64,000 nucleotides of DNA. It comes from Ascoidea asiatica JCM 7603 (taxonomy: Eukaryota > Fungi > Ascomycota). Under the pieces are notes generated by a model. That model was not told the DNA's origin. It ran no database searches and was given only the letters and a program-made list of their open reading frames with translations. This document shows positions 54,177-64,000 of this stretch, piece by piece. Location of the stretch: contig BCKQ01000009.1 of NCBI GenBank assembly GCA_001600695.1, forward strand, positions 546,772-610,771, written 5' to 3'. Both the position numbers and the translations under genes were made by a program. The stretch's first letter is position 1. Each line of letters begins with the position of its first letter.

Positions 54177-57100
54177 TCATTCATTCATTCTTTCATCAAA
54201 AGATTCTTTTCTTGTTTCTATTTCATCTTTTATTTTACTATTAACTTTATTTGAATTATTTATAATATTTATTGATAATTTATTCTTATTCTCAATTTCA
54301 TTTTCATTTTCATTTTCATTTTCAGTTCCAGTTTCAATCTGAGATTCATCATTTCTCAAAATTTTATCTCCAATCTTCAATGGATGACCTCTTGAATTAA
54401 AAACATAATCATCAAGATTCCAAATATTTGATTCTTCAAATAATAAATAAAAATATTTTAAAGTTTCTCCAAATAAAAAATCCTCTAAACTTTTTTTGAA
54501 ATTATTTTCTTTATTTTCTTTATTACTTACTTTATTCAAATATTTTTCATCTTGATTAAGTTTATTAATATCAAATAATGAAGAAATTCCAATAATTTTA
54601 TTATTTTCATCTTTTAAACTACAATATTTTAAAATTTTTAAAAAAATTTCCCATCCTTTAATTTTCCAAAATTTATCTCCTGTAATTCTATACATATAAA
54701 ATAAACTTTCAATTAATTCTGGTCTTAATAAATATTCTGAATTCATTTCATTTATCCATAATGGTATTTTTAATGACTTATTATTTATTGAATTTTTTTT
54801 TTTTTCAAAAATTTGAAGTTTATTATATTTAATTTCATTCGTTTCAGATTCAGAATCTAATTCAATATTAAAATTCCTAATTAAACCTTTATCTGTTTCT
54901 AATCTTTTATTAATTTCTTCTTCAATTTCAATATCAACTAATTCTTCATATTCTTCTTCATTTTCTTTGTTATAATTATTTTTATTTTCATTATTTTTAT
55001 TTTTATTATTTTCTACATTTTCATTATCTTCACTATACTCTTTATATAATCCAACTTTTAAATCTTTAATTTCATTATTTGATTGTCCAGATTTTTGTAT
55101 AATTAAACTATTTTTTAAATTTTTTTCTTCTAAAATTTGTCTTTTTTTATCTTCTTCTATTTTTTTTAATTTTTTTAAATTTTCCATATCTTTTAATTTT
55201 AATAATTCTTCATTCTTTAATATGTTTGACTCCTCTAAATTATCTAAATCTTCTGGAGTTTCTAAAGTTTCAGATCCTTTTTTAGGTATATAAGCTCTTT
55301 TATTCTTAACATTTTTTATTTTATTATTAGTTTCAATATTATTTTCAATATCTTCATCTAGTTTATTAATTGAAAATTCATTTTTAAGTACATTATCTAA
55401 CTCTTTATCTTTTTTGAATTGTTCTCCAGAAATAATGTTTTCTTTTTCATTTTCATTTTCTTTTTCTTTGATTTCTTTTATATCTTTATTATATATTTCA
55501 TTTTCATCAAAAATACAATTATTCTTAATCTTATCATTATTTAAACATGGATTTAAACTAATACTTTCTGGCATTAATTCAATTAAATCATAAATCTTTA
55601 AACATCCATTTAACAAATCTTTACCAATTTTAAGATCATTTTTATTATTAATTAATTTTGAATAAAATGCAAACATACCTCCTGAAAAACATGATTGATG
55701 ATTAATCTCATTTGATTGATAATATTCATATTCAAGTTTATTTGAGCTTTCATTAATTTTCAAAAATTCTGTTAATTCTGTTATAAATAATTCATCATTA
55801 TCTTCATCATTATCACTATTCACTTTAGGCTTTGAAATTTTTGGTAAAATTGGTTTAAAGAACATATAATCTTTAATTTTATCTATGAAAACTTTTGAAG
55901 AATTTAAATATTCTGGAATTTTACCATTTAATAAATGATATTGTTTAATAAAAGTAAAATAAATTGAATTTGAAGAATTTGGACCATTTATTGAATAATT
56001 TCTTTTAAATTTTGAATAAAATTTTATATTTGATAATTCACAATAAACAAAATTTTTTTTATAAATTGTTTTAATTAAATTTTCTAAAAAAATTTTATCA
56101 TCTTTAATTAATTTTAAATCTTTTTTAGTTATAATTTTACAACCAGAAATATCTAAATAATTTGGTAATAAATTATAAGATAATGAATTTGGTTCAAATT
56201 TATTTGTAAAATTATTAAAATTAATTAAATTCTTAAAAGTTTTACTAACAAAATTAAAATATATATCATTCTTTGTTAATTGTGATAATCTAATGAATTC
56301 TAATGACATTGTATTAATATCAGAAATTGAAGCAAAATTTGGAGCTAAATTTGAAATCTCAATATCATCTTTATTATTCATGTCATTAATATTATTCAAA
56401 TCATTTATATCATTAATATTATTTATATTATTAAAATTATAATTCAATTTTGGCATGAAATTTGGAGTATCAAATATTTCAATTAATAAATCACCTAATT
56501 GAATTGCTTTATTTAATAAAATTTCATTATTTGATAAATCGTAAGAAGATAATAAACTACCCAAAGTTCTATTAATCAATATTGTGATTAAATTATTATT
56601 ATTATTATTATTGTTATTAATGTCATTAAAGTTTTTGAATAATAGTTTAGTATTATTGAAATTTAGTTTATTTAATTTTTTGAGTGCAAAATTGAATTCA
56701 TTTTCGAAATTCATTAATATTAAAGAATCTAAGGAATCTATTAAATTTAAAGAAATTTGATTGAAAGGATTATTTGAATTGAATTTAATGAAATTATTAT
56801 TATTTAAATTGGATATATAAATACCCTTGAAAACTGATCTAATTTTTTTTAATTTCAATTTATCTTCCTCTTTTTCTTTAATATAGTCTTTACTATTAAT
56901 AATTGAATTGAAATCATATTGAATATTTGGATAATCTTTGATATTATAATCAATTTTTGGTAAGGATTCAATATTATTACTTTTAATCAATTTCTTAATA
57001 AAATTTGATTGCTGATTATCGGATTGTTGACTATTGGAATTTAGATTTAGATTTAGATTCAAACTATTTAAGTTTAAAGAATCTTTAAGTTTTGGAATTT

Positions 57101-57482
57101 CTTTTAAAATATCCAGATTTGAATTTATTATTGAATTAACATTTGAAAATGAATTTTTGAAATCTTTCGATATATTTTCAGAAGAAGTCTTTAAATTACT
57201 CTTTTCTGATTGATCCTTTAGATCATTTTGAATATCTTTAATAGCTTCAATATTTTGTTTCCCCTTCTTATTTTGAATATTTTGAATATTTGAATTCGTC
57301 ACTTTTGAAAGATTTTCATTATTATTTTGAATTGATTGTAATTTATCAATTTCATTTATTGATAAAGATAAATTTTCATTATTTGAAAATGATAAAAAAA
57401 AAATAGCTAATAATAAAGAAGTTAAAACTATTAAAAATCTAAATTTTCTTAATCTAGACTTTAAAATATAAAAAAAAGACAT
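54177..57482 (-). CDS. MNL2: Type II membrane GH47 alpha-mannosidase-like protein with degenerate active site (Mnl2-like)
   Basis: N-terminal TM anchor; LIDSLDSL, RTLGSLLSSYDLS, LEFIRLSQLT, HQSCFSGG, YLLRPELIESLFYMYRITGD, GETLKYFYLLF, FNSRGHPL. The family call is firm; the symbol is less so. Confidence 0.75.
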   Translation of the reverse strand: MSFFYILKSRLRKFRFLIVLTSLLLAIFFLSFSNNENLSLSINEIDKLQSIQNNNENLSKVTNSNIQNIQNKKGKQNIEAIKDIQNDLKDQSEKSNLKTSSENISKDFKNSFSNVNSIINSNLDILKEIPKLKDSLNLNSLNLNLNLNSNSQQSDNQQSNFIKKLIKSNNIESLPKIDYNIKDYPNIQYDFNSIINSKDYIKEKEEDKLKLKKIRSVFKGIYISNLNNNNFIKFNSNNPFNQISLNLIDSLDSLILMNFENEFNFALKKLNKLNFNNTKLLFKNFNDINNNNNNNNNLITILINRTLGSLLSSYDLSNNEILLNKAIQLGDLLIEIFDTPNFMPKLNYNFNNINNINDINDLNNINDMNNKDDIEISNLAPNFASISDINTMSLEFIRLSQLTKNDIYFNFVSKTFKNLINFNNFTNKFEPNSLSYNLLPNYLDISGCKIITKKDLKLIKDDKIFLENLIKTIYKKNFVYCELSNIKFYSKFKRNYSINGPNSSNSIYFTFIKQYHLLNGKIPEYLNSSKVFIDKIKDYMFFKPILPKISKPKVNSDNDEDNDELFITELTEFLKINESSNKLEYEYYQSNEINHQSCFSGGMFAFYSKLINNKNDLKIGKDLLNGCLKIYDLIELMPESISLNPCLNNDKIKNNCIFDENEIYNKDIKEIKEKENENEKENIISGEQFKKDKELDNVLKNEFSINKLDEDIENNIETNNKIKNVKNKRAYIPKKGSETLETPEDLDNLEESNILKNEELLKLKDMENLKKLKKIEEDKKRQILEEKNLKNSLIIQKSGQSNNEIKDLKVGLYKEYSEDNENVENNKNKNNENKNNYNKENEEEYEELVDIEIEEEINKRLETDKGLIRNFNIELDSESETNEIKYNKLQIFEKKKNSINNKSLKIPLWINEMNSEYLLRPELIESLFYMYRITGDKFWKIKGWEIFLKILKYCSLKDENNKIIGISSLFDINKLNQDEKYLNKVSNKENKENNFKKSLEDFLFGETLKYFYLLFEESNIWNLDDYVFNSRGHPLKIGDKILRNDESQIETGTENENENENEIENKNKLSINIINNSNKVNSKIKDEIETRKESFDERMNE

Positions 57483-57679
57483 TTAAAAATAGTTTTTTTC
57501 TTCTGAAATAAGCAAGAATAACTAGAATAATAATAAAAATAAGAATATAGAAGAATTAATACTCAATTCGAGTATTAATTGTAAAACAAAAATACTTTAA
57601 TTGAAGAGTGTTGACTTCTCAAATAAACAATTATCAGAATAAATTAAGGTATTTTTCTATATTCGCCATAAACATTGAG

Positions 57680-58005
57680 TAACACGACCAAAACACAGGC
57701 ACAACGTAGCAGAAAATAACCGTGGCCGGAATCTAGAGCTAAAAGACACAGCCACTAAGACACAGCCGCGTATTAGCCACCACGTCCTAAGAGAAGCAGA
57801 TTCGCACCCTCAATTTATTTAGTTGGTGTCCTAGAAAAGTATCCGTGAAAATGTTCAGAATCCGACTTTGATTTAAATCCAAAACTAGAAATCCGGACAG
57901 CGGATACACAGGAAAAGGAGTCTACCGCGTTCTCTCCCACTCTTTCAGTTGAAACTTAGGGAATTTGAATTAATAACACCATAACCACTTCGCTTCTCGC
58001 GATTT
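57680..58005. promoter_or_regulatory. GC-rich island in the divergent MNL2/SHS1 promoter
   Basis: Local GC peak; AAGACACAGCC duplicated near 57743-57767; weak copy of the 16-bp motif at 57843-57858. Confidence 0.45.
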
Positions 58006-58376
58006 TAAAAGATCCTGAATCAACATGAATTGTGGATTCTGAAATCGATTTTAAAATTGATATTGAAATTGTATTAATACTACTGTATTATTGATCTTGA
58101 TCTTGATTAATACTTCTAAATAACCATAATCTAAGTTTCCTAGAATTCAATTGATTGATTTATCTAATTCCCTTCGTTTTCTTATCAATTCCACTAGATC
58201 ATCATATATTACTTACTCAAATAGAATCTTGAAAGAATTCTATCTTATATTTCATTTCATCTTATTTTATCTTATTTCAATTCAATTCAATTCAGTTCAT
58301 TTCATCATATCTCTTTTTAGAATATATTAAATAAATCAAATATCTCAAATAGATTATATAATTAAAGAATTTAAAA

Positions 58377-59912
58377 ATGAATTTCACTTCTTCTTCTTTA
58401 TTACGTCGTAAAAAGGATACTAGACGTGGTATTAAATTTTCAATAATGACTGTTGGTCCTTCTGGTGTTGGTAGAACAACTTTTATAAATACTTTATTAG
58501 GTAAAAAAATATTACCACATAAATTTCAACCAATTGGAACTTCTGTAGAAGAACCAAAATTATTATCTCATACAAGTGTTAAAGGTACTTCTACAATTAC
58601 AAATCCAATATCTTTTCATAGAGAATTTAATCCACAATTTGCAGATCAACAACCTGGAATTTCAATAACTGAAGCAAATATTGAATTAATTGATGATGAA
58701 AAATTATTATTAACAATTATTGATACTCCTGGCTTTGGTGAAAATATTGATAATGATTTATGTTTTAATGAAATAATATCATATTTAAAATCTCAATTTG
58801 ATAGCGTATTAGCTGAAGAAACAAGAGTTAGAAGAAATCCAAAATTTCAAGACACAAGAGTTCATGTTTGTCTTTATTTTATTTCTCCAACTGGTCATGG
58901 TTTAAGAGAATTAGATGTTGAAACTATTAAAAAATTATCAAAATATGTTAATGTTGTACCTGTAATTACAAGAGCTGATTCATTTACTGAAGATGAATTA
59001 TTATCTTTTAAACAAAATATTGTTAATGATATTGAAAGATTTAATGTACCTGTATTCAAATTTACTTATGATGATGATGACGATGATCCAGAAACAATTG
59101 AAGAAAATAAATATTTACAAAGTCTTCAACCATTTTCTGTTATATGTTCTGAAGATGAATTTTTAATTAATGGTAAAAATATTCGTGGTAGAAAATATCC
59201 TTGGGGTTTTATAGATATTGATAATCCTGATATAAGTGATTTTTCAACTTTGAAAGCAGTTTTATTAGGTTCTCATTTACAAGATTTAAAAGATTTGACT
59301 CATGATTTTCTTTATGAAAATTATAGAACTGATAAATTAAAATCTGTTCCTGGTGTTAATGATTATGAAAACAGAGATTCATATATACCTGAACCTCCCT
59401 CATTATCTTCTTTAACAAAATTAGCTAATTCAAGAGATACAATTATATTTGATTCTCCTCAAAATTTCAATTTTGATTCATTTAATGCTGATGATTCTTC
59501 TCTTAAAACAAATGATAATACTTATCAATCAAATGAATTAAAACCTCCTGGAACTCCAAATACTTATGGAAGTACACCACGTTCATTTTCTGCTAATGCT
59601 TCTCCAAATGTTAATAAATCTCAATTAAGAGTTTTATCTGAAACTGTTCCATATGCTATAAAGCATGAAAGAATTAGAGCAAAACAAGCTAAATTAGAAG
59701 AACTAGAACAATCAACTGCAAAAGAATTATCTGAAAGAGCTGCTGCTTTGGAAGAACGTGCTGCGTTGTTGAGAGTAAAAGAAGCTGAATTAATGAAACA
59801 AGCAGAAAAAGAACAAGAATTAAAAACAAGATTAATGAAACTTCAATATGGTTCAAGTACTAATTTAAGTTCTGTAAGTGTTAATAATCAAGCTAATAAT
59901 GATCAAAATTAA
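58377..59912 (+). CDS. SHS1: Septin of the Cdc11/Shs1 group (Shs1/Sep7-like)
   Basis: Polybasic RRKKDTRRG, G1 GPSGVGRT, post-G1 insertion, DTPGFG, AEETRVRRNP, VHVCLYFI, RADS, GRKYPWG, YENYR; long C-terminal extension with coiled coil. Confidence 0.85.
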   Translation: MNFTSSSLLRRKKDTRRGIKFSIMTVGPSGVGRTTFINTLLGKKILPHKFQPIGTSVEEPKLLSHTSVKGTSTITNPISFHREFNPQFADQQPGISITEANIELIDDEKLLLTIIDTPGFGENIDNDLCFNEIISYLKSQFDSVLAEETRVRRNPKFQDTRVHVCLYFISPTGHGLRELDVETIKKLSKYVNVVPVITRADSFTEDELLSFKQNIVNDIERFNVPVFKFTYDDDDDDPETIEENKYLQSLQPFSVICSEDEFLINGKNIRGRKYPWGFIDIDNPDISDFSTLKAVLLGSHLQDLKDLTHDFLYENYRTDKLKSVPGVNDYENRDSYIPEPPSLSSLTKLANSRDTIIFDSPQNFNFDSFNADDSSLKTNDNTYQSNELKPPGTPNTYGSTPRSFSANASPNVNKSQLRVLSETVPYAIKHERIRAKQAKLEELEQSTAKELSERAAALEERAALLRVKEAELMKQAEKEQELKTRLMKLQYGSSTNLSSVSVNNQANNDQN

Positions 59913-62303
59913 TAAATAAGTTTATAAATACTTTTATGCTTACAATAAATGGAAAGGGAGAATTAAAAACTTGAATTAGAAAATTTTGCTTAAAGATTTT
60001 GAAATAATGATTATTCTTGTTTTTTTTAAAACCTTCTCTTTTTTGGTTATTATTTATAGCTTGTTTAATACCTCCTTTTCTTTAATTTTTTTTTTGGACT
60101 TTTATAGTTAACATTCTTAACCCCATTTTTTCATTATTTTCAATTTACTTGCTTAATGGTTTGTTTGTTTGACTACTCAATTCTTATTACTTTTTTTTTT
60201 TGCTATTTATTTACTAATTTATTTCATATTATTTTTTCAATATTATTTTTTGTTTCTAATCATAATTCTTAAGTTATTTTCTGAAATGGTTGTTTTTTTT
60301 TTATTGGAGACACTTTAAATTCACTCATCTTAGTCTAGATGTAATTCAGCCGTATTTTGAAAAATTTTATTCATTACAAATGTTGATTTTTTGAGATATT
60401 CTTTTTTCAGTTACGGTCATGACTGTAATCAGGTTTAAGTAAATATTCATAGGAATATTTAAGAAAACCGGTTATTTTATTCAATTATTTTAAATGGAAA
60501 AAGCTTATTTTATTAATTCCAAATTTTAATAGTAAAAAGTTACATTCAGTAAATGGATCTTCTGTAACTAAATTTTTAACAAATTTCTTTTTTTTGAACA
60601 TTCATAATTTTTTGAATAGGTCTCCGATTTTTCATTGAAAATGTAAATATCTCATTTCATTCTATTCAGCATTTGCTAATAATTTTTTCAATTGAATAAA
60701 GTGAAAGTATAAATAATTACTGGTAAAAGAGTCTTTTTTTGTACATGAAACTCTACCAGAATGTTTTGATTGATTCTATTATGATAACTAAAAGTTGTTT
60801 TTTCTCTATTTGTAACAAAGTATATTGAAAATATTTTTAATTAAGATCCTGTTTCAAACAACAAAAAAAAAGTATCAGTAAAAGTTTTTAATACAAAATT
60901 TTTTTGTTTAATTTTACATAATAATTTTGTCTTCATTAATTCATATCTAAGTTAAAAGCATTAAATGGTAATCTGAGTTGAAATGAAATTGATTATCTAA
61001 ACTTATCAATCATTACTACTGAAATAACCATACTAGCCCAATAGCACAAAAACTTCATTCTCCATTTGATTAATTTTCACATTAATTTGGATTAATGTCA
61101 ACAAATTGAATAATTTTATAAAGGGAATCACAGTACTAACTAGTGCTGCTTTCAGTCTATTATTTGTTTTTAATTAATATCTGTTTCAGAATCTTAAGAT
61201 TTACTACATCAATTAGTTTTTCAGTAATTTCTGGTTGCAATAAATCGATAAATAATCTTTCAAATTCAAAAGATTTACCATGGAAAATAGGTTATGAAGA
61301 AATTGAGTGTAGATCTCAAATATGAAATAAAGAATTTTGTCGGCAAATTTACCTTCATCATCATCAAATTATCCAACAAACTTCAGCAACCATACCTTCT
61401 CTTACAGACTTACCAAAAGTTATAGGTTCGGTGAAAATTTATTTAAATTTATTCTATTTAAGATTTCAAAGAAACTAATTTTGGGAATTTACTCTCAGGC
61501 CACTTTTAATCCTAATTTGATTAAATTTCTTGAATTTTTGCCTAAATGTGCCTAATGAGGTCAAATTCGAGTAAACTATAAAAATATATTAAAAAAGTTG
61601 TCACGTTCCTATGATGACGGAACTGAAAATTGTTCACGGATTTATAACTTAAATCTCAAACAAGTATTTTCTTTGAGGATTGTCTTGTTATTAGTGAATT
61701 TAAATCCTAATGTTACCTGTCCCAGAATCAAGCTACAGAACTTACCAACAACAGAATCTTGGAAACACAAAATATTATTGGTGATAAATAAAGGTTGCCA
61801 AATGGTTTTCAAACGCAACTAATCTAAATTTTTTTTTTAGTGCATGTCAAACTCCTTCCATGACTGGGAATTGAATCAAAGTATCTCAGAAATGTTCAAA
61901 CTTTTTAATAGCAGGTTAACATTGCCACTCAGGTGCTTCTTTTATATGCAGTACATTTATCAGTAGAATTATCACCATCCAATTGGTTTTAGGCCCTACA
62001 ACAAATCAGTGAATTTGAATACGTTTCTGAGTACAGTTCTAACTGGAATTAAATGAGCTTGGCAATTTAAGACGAAATTAAACGGGTAGAAGCATGATAA
62101 TTTAAATTTCTAGCTAATTCCAAATTTTATGAGATCTCTAATACTTTGTAACATTTGCTACACCAATATATGGGTACAAAACAATATGGATAAAGAGATT
62201 TTTATAAGGGCTGTTATCGTTCACTTCAAAGTATTTGGCAATATTAGTATTGAACAAGCAATTAACTGTACAAAAGCAACTCTATTTGTAAGGTGTTAAT
62301 TAC

Positions 62304-62398
62304 TAAAACGTTATGTGGAACGTTAAAAGAAACGTTTAAAGGAACTTTAAAGGAAGGTTAAATGGGACGCTAACTGGGACGTTAACCACAACGTTAAT
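62304..62398. repeat. Degenerate ~12-bp tandem array (~8 units) with AACGTT/GACGTT core
   Basis: taaaacgttatg tggaacgttaaa agaaacgtttaa aggaactttaa aggaaggttaaa tgggacgctaac tgggacgttaac cacaacgttaat. Confidence 0.75.
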
Positions 62399-63493
62399 TG
62401 AATTTTACTACTAGAAATTTAATTGGATTTTATTTGGACGATAAACGTAAGTGTTCAGTCAAAGCTTATGCTGGGTACACATTTGGAGGACTAATTCAGC
62501 ATCACCTTACAATGGGCCGGTAATCTGATTAATTATGTGTAGTTTTATAAATTAATCAAGTCAACTACTAATATCAACTTGGCTAACATGAATAAATTGA
62601 GATTTTTAAAACTCAGTACATTTGAATGCACACTTATTTCCAAATGTACTGTTTCAAAAATATACCGTACCATTCTTTCAGTGCTTTTAAGTATCGTTGT
62701 GGTACGCGCGACAAAAATATTCATGATAGCCTATCTAAAAGTGATTAGCATGTAACAGAAATTATTCTAGTGTTTCTTTAGTAATATTTTAAAAAATTTC
62801 CAGTAATATTCAATAATGTTTCAGTGAAAATTCTATGGTATTAAAGTAAGTCATACTAATGTACCTAAAGATTTTCACAGTCGCTTGTTTTCTAGTCAAT
62901 TAGATGATTCAAATTTCACATTTAATAAAGCACGACCTTTGATGAATTTCATTTTCAAGTAATTAATCTAGTACGACCAGTCGCCCATTTCTAAGAGAAA
63001 CTAATTTTCTTTTTTCCTGTAAATCAAATCAACAATATTGCTAGTTTTTTTTTTGAATTTGAAGTGGTCTAAATGATATTTTAAATGGGGATTGGATTAC
63101 ATATTTAACATAGAGAAAATCAACGGGCTTAAACAATTTCCCACTTTTAATGATTACCAAAGAAAAATGAAAAATCAATCACTTAAACTAAAGGGATGAA
63201 AGGAATTTATTTGAATTTGAATTTTTAAATAAAAGCATCCCATATTATGTCAGAAAAATTGACTTTGCTTAAAGAAATTTTAATAAATAAAAATTGTATT
63301 GTAAAAAAAAAATATGAGTAATGAGTACACTAAAAAAAATTTATATATCTTCAGAGAAAGTAAATTTTCAAAACTGAATTTAAAAAGCATAATGAAATAA
63401 TAAAAATAAATAAAAAAAAGAAAATTATATAGTATAAACATTAGAATTGAAAAAGAATTAAAAATTTTAGCTTTAATTTATATTTGTGATTAT

Positions 63494-64000
63494 TTATATA
63501 TTTACTTCTTCACAGAGTAACTTTTTCAAATATGAACAATGTTTTTCAGTTATATGAAGAACAAATTCTTTGCCACTCATTTTATCTTTGCAATAATTAC
63601 AATGACCTGGATAATCTAATTTGGGATTTAAATTTGCTTCTTTTTTACCATTTGTATCATTGAAGGTAAAATGGTTATTTAATAAATGTTTTTTATAATC
63701 ATATGGTCTATTGAATCTACCTGTAGAATGCGAACACATTTTAAGATTATTTATTTTATCTTTTCTATGAAAAAGACATTTGAATCTTGGACTTTTATCA
63801 TGAATTCTAATATGACGTTTTAAATCTCTATTAAAAACCTTATGACAAACTGGACATGTTTTATCATCTTTACCAGCTAAAGATCTTGATCTTCTTGAAG
63901 ATTTTAAATGATAAGTTGAAGAACCTAAAGATATACTAGATGATGGCAAAGAAACTGCTCTTAATTTATTCTGTTGAATAAAATTAATATTATTTAGATT
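63494..64000 (-). CDS. C2H2 zinc-finger transcription factor, C-terminal part; 5' end lies outside the window
   Basis: CPVCHKVFNRDLKRHIRIH, C...CSHSTGRFNRPYDYKKHLLNNH, CNYC...H...HC. The frame stays open to 64000 (NLNNINFIQQNKLRAVSLP...), so the TTG at 63949 is not the start. Confidence 0.88.
   Translation of the reverse strand, partial: NLNNINFIQQNKLRAVSLPSSSISLGSSTYHLKSSRRSRSLAGKDDKTCPVCHKVFNRDLKRHIRIHDKSPRFKCLFHRKDKINNLKMCSHSTGRFNRPYDYKKHLLNNHFTFNDTNGKKEANLNPKLDYPGHCNYCKDKMSGKEFVLHITEKHCSYLKKLLCEEVNI

Noticed and set aside
61134-61325. Plus-strand TACTAAC followed by CAG and a 60-aa ORF
   Set aside because: No convincing donor site or upstream exon, and the product is unrecognisable.
62304-62398. 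CRISPR-like or telomeric array
   Set aside because: Eukaryotic context; units are short, contiguous and degenerate with no spacers, and the array is internal rather than terminal.

Overview
Eukaryotic nuclear DNA from an extremely AT-rich budding yeast (Saccharomycotina). Evidence: mostly intronless genes, a GTATGT/TACTAAC/YAG intron, and Asn-rich proteins. The composition is reminiscent of Ascoidea, but the species is an inference. The window holds about 23 protein-coding genes: a Pom1/DYRK2-type kinase (runs off the left edge), a spliced COX7 missed by the ORF track, MNL1/HTM1, a Gfd2-family protein, MED17/SRB4, ARC40, a DAL5/TNA1-family MFS permease, FRA1, YFH7, ICL1, a bacterial-type Zn alcohol dehydrogenase, a YHR131C-like PH protein, YJU3, IES1, a 39-aa PMP1-like microprotein (also missed), mitochondrial ClpP, a degenerate GH47 (MNL2-like), the septin SHS1/SEP7, a C2H2 zinc-finger protein (runs off the right edge) and several orphans. 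One orphan is a 70-aa Cys-rich protein ending in a lipidation-type CCIII motif. Non-coding structure includes a MITE-like element, sharp GC-rich islands upstream of genes (one inside the ClpP CDS), a recurrent 16-bp promoter motif CCRTNNNNRTGGTCTC that I do not recognise, Reb1-like and bZIP-like sites, and minisatellites. I found no tRNA, rRNA or CRISPR array.
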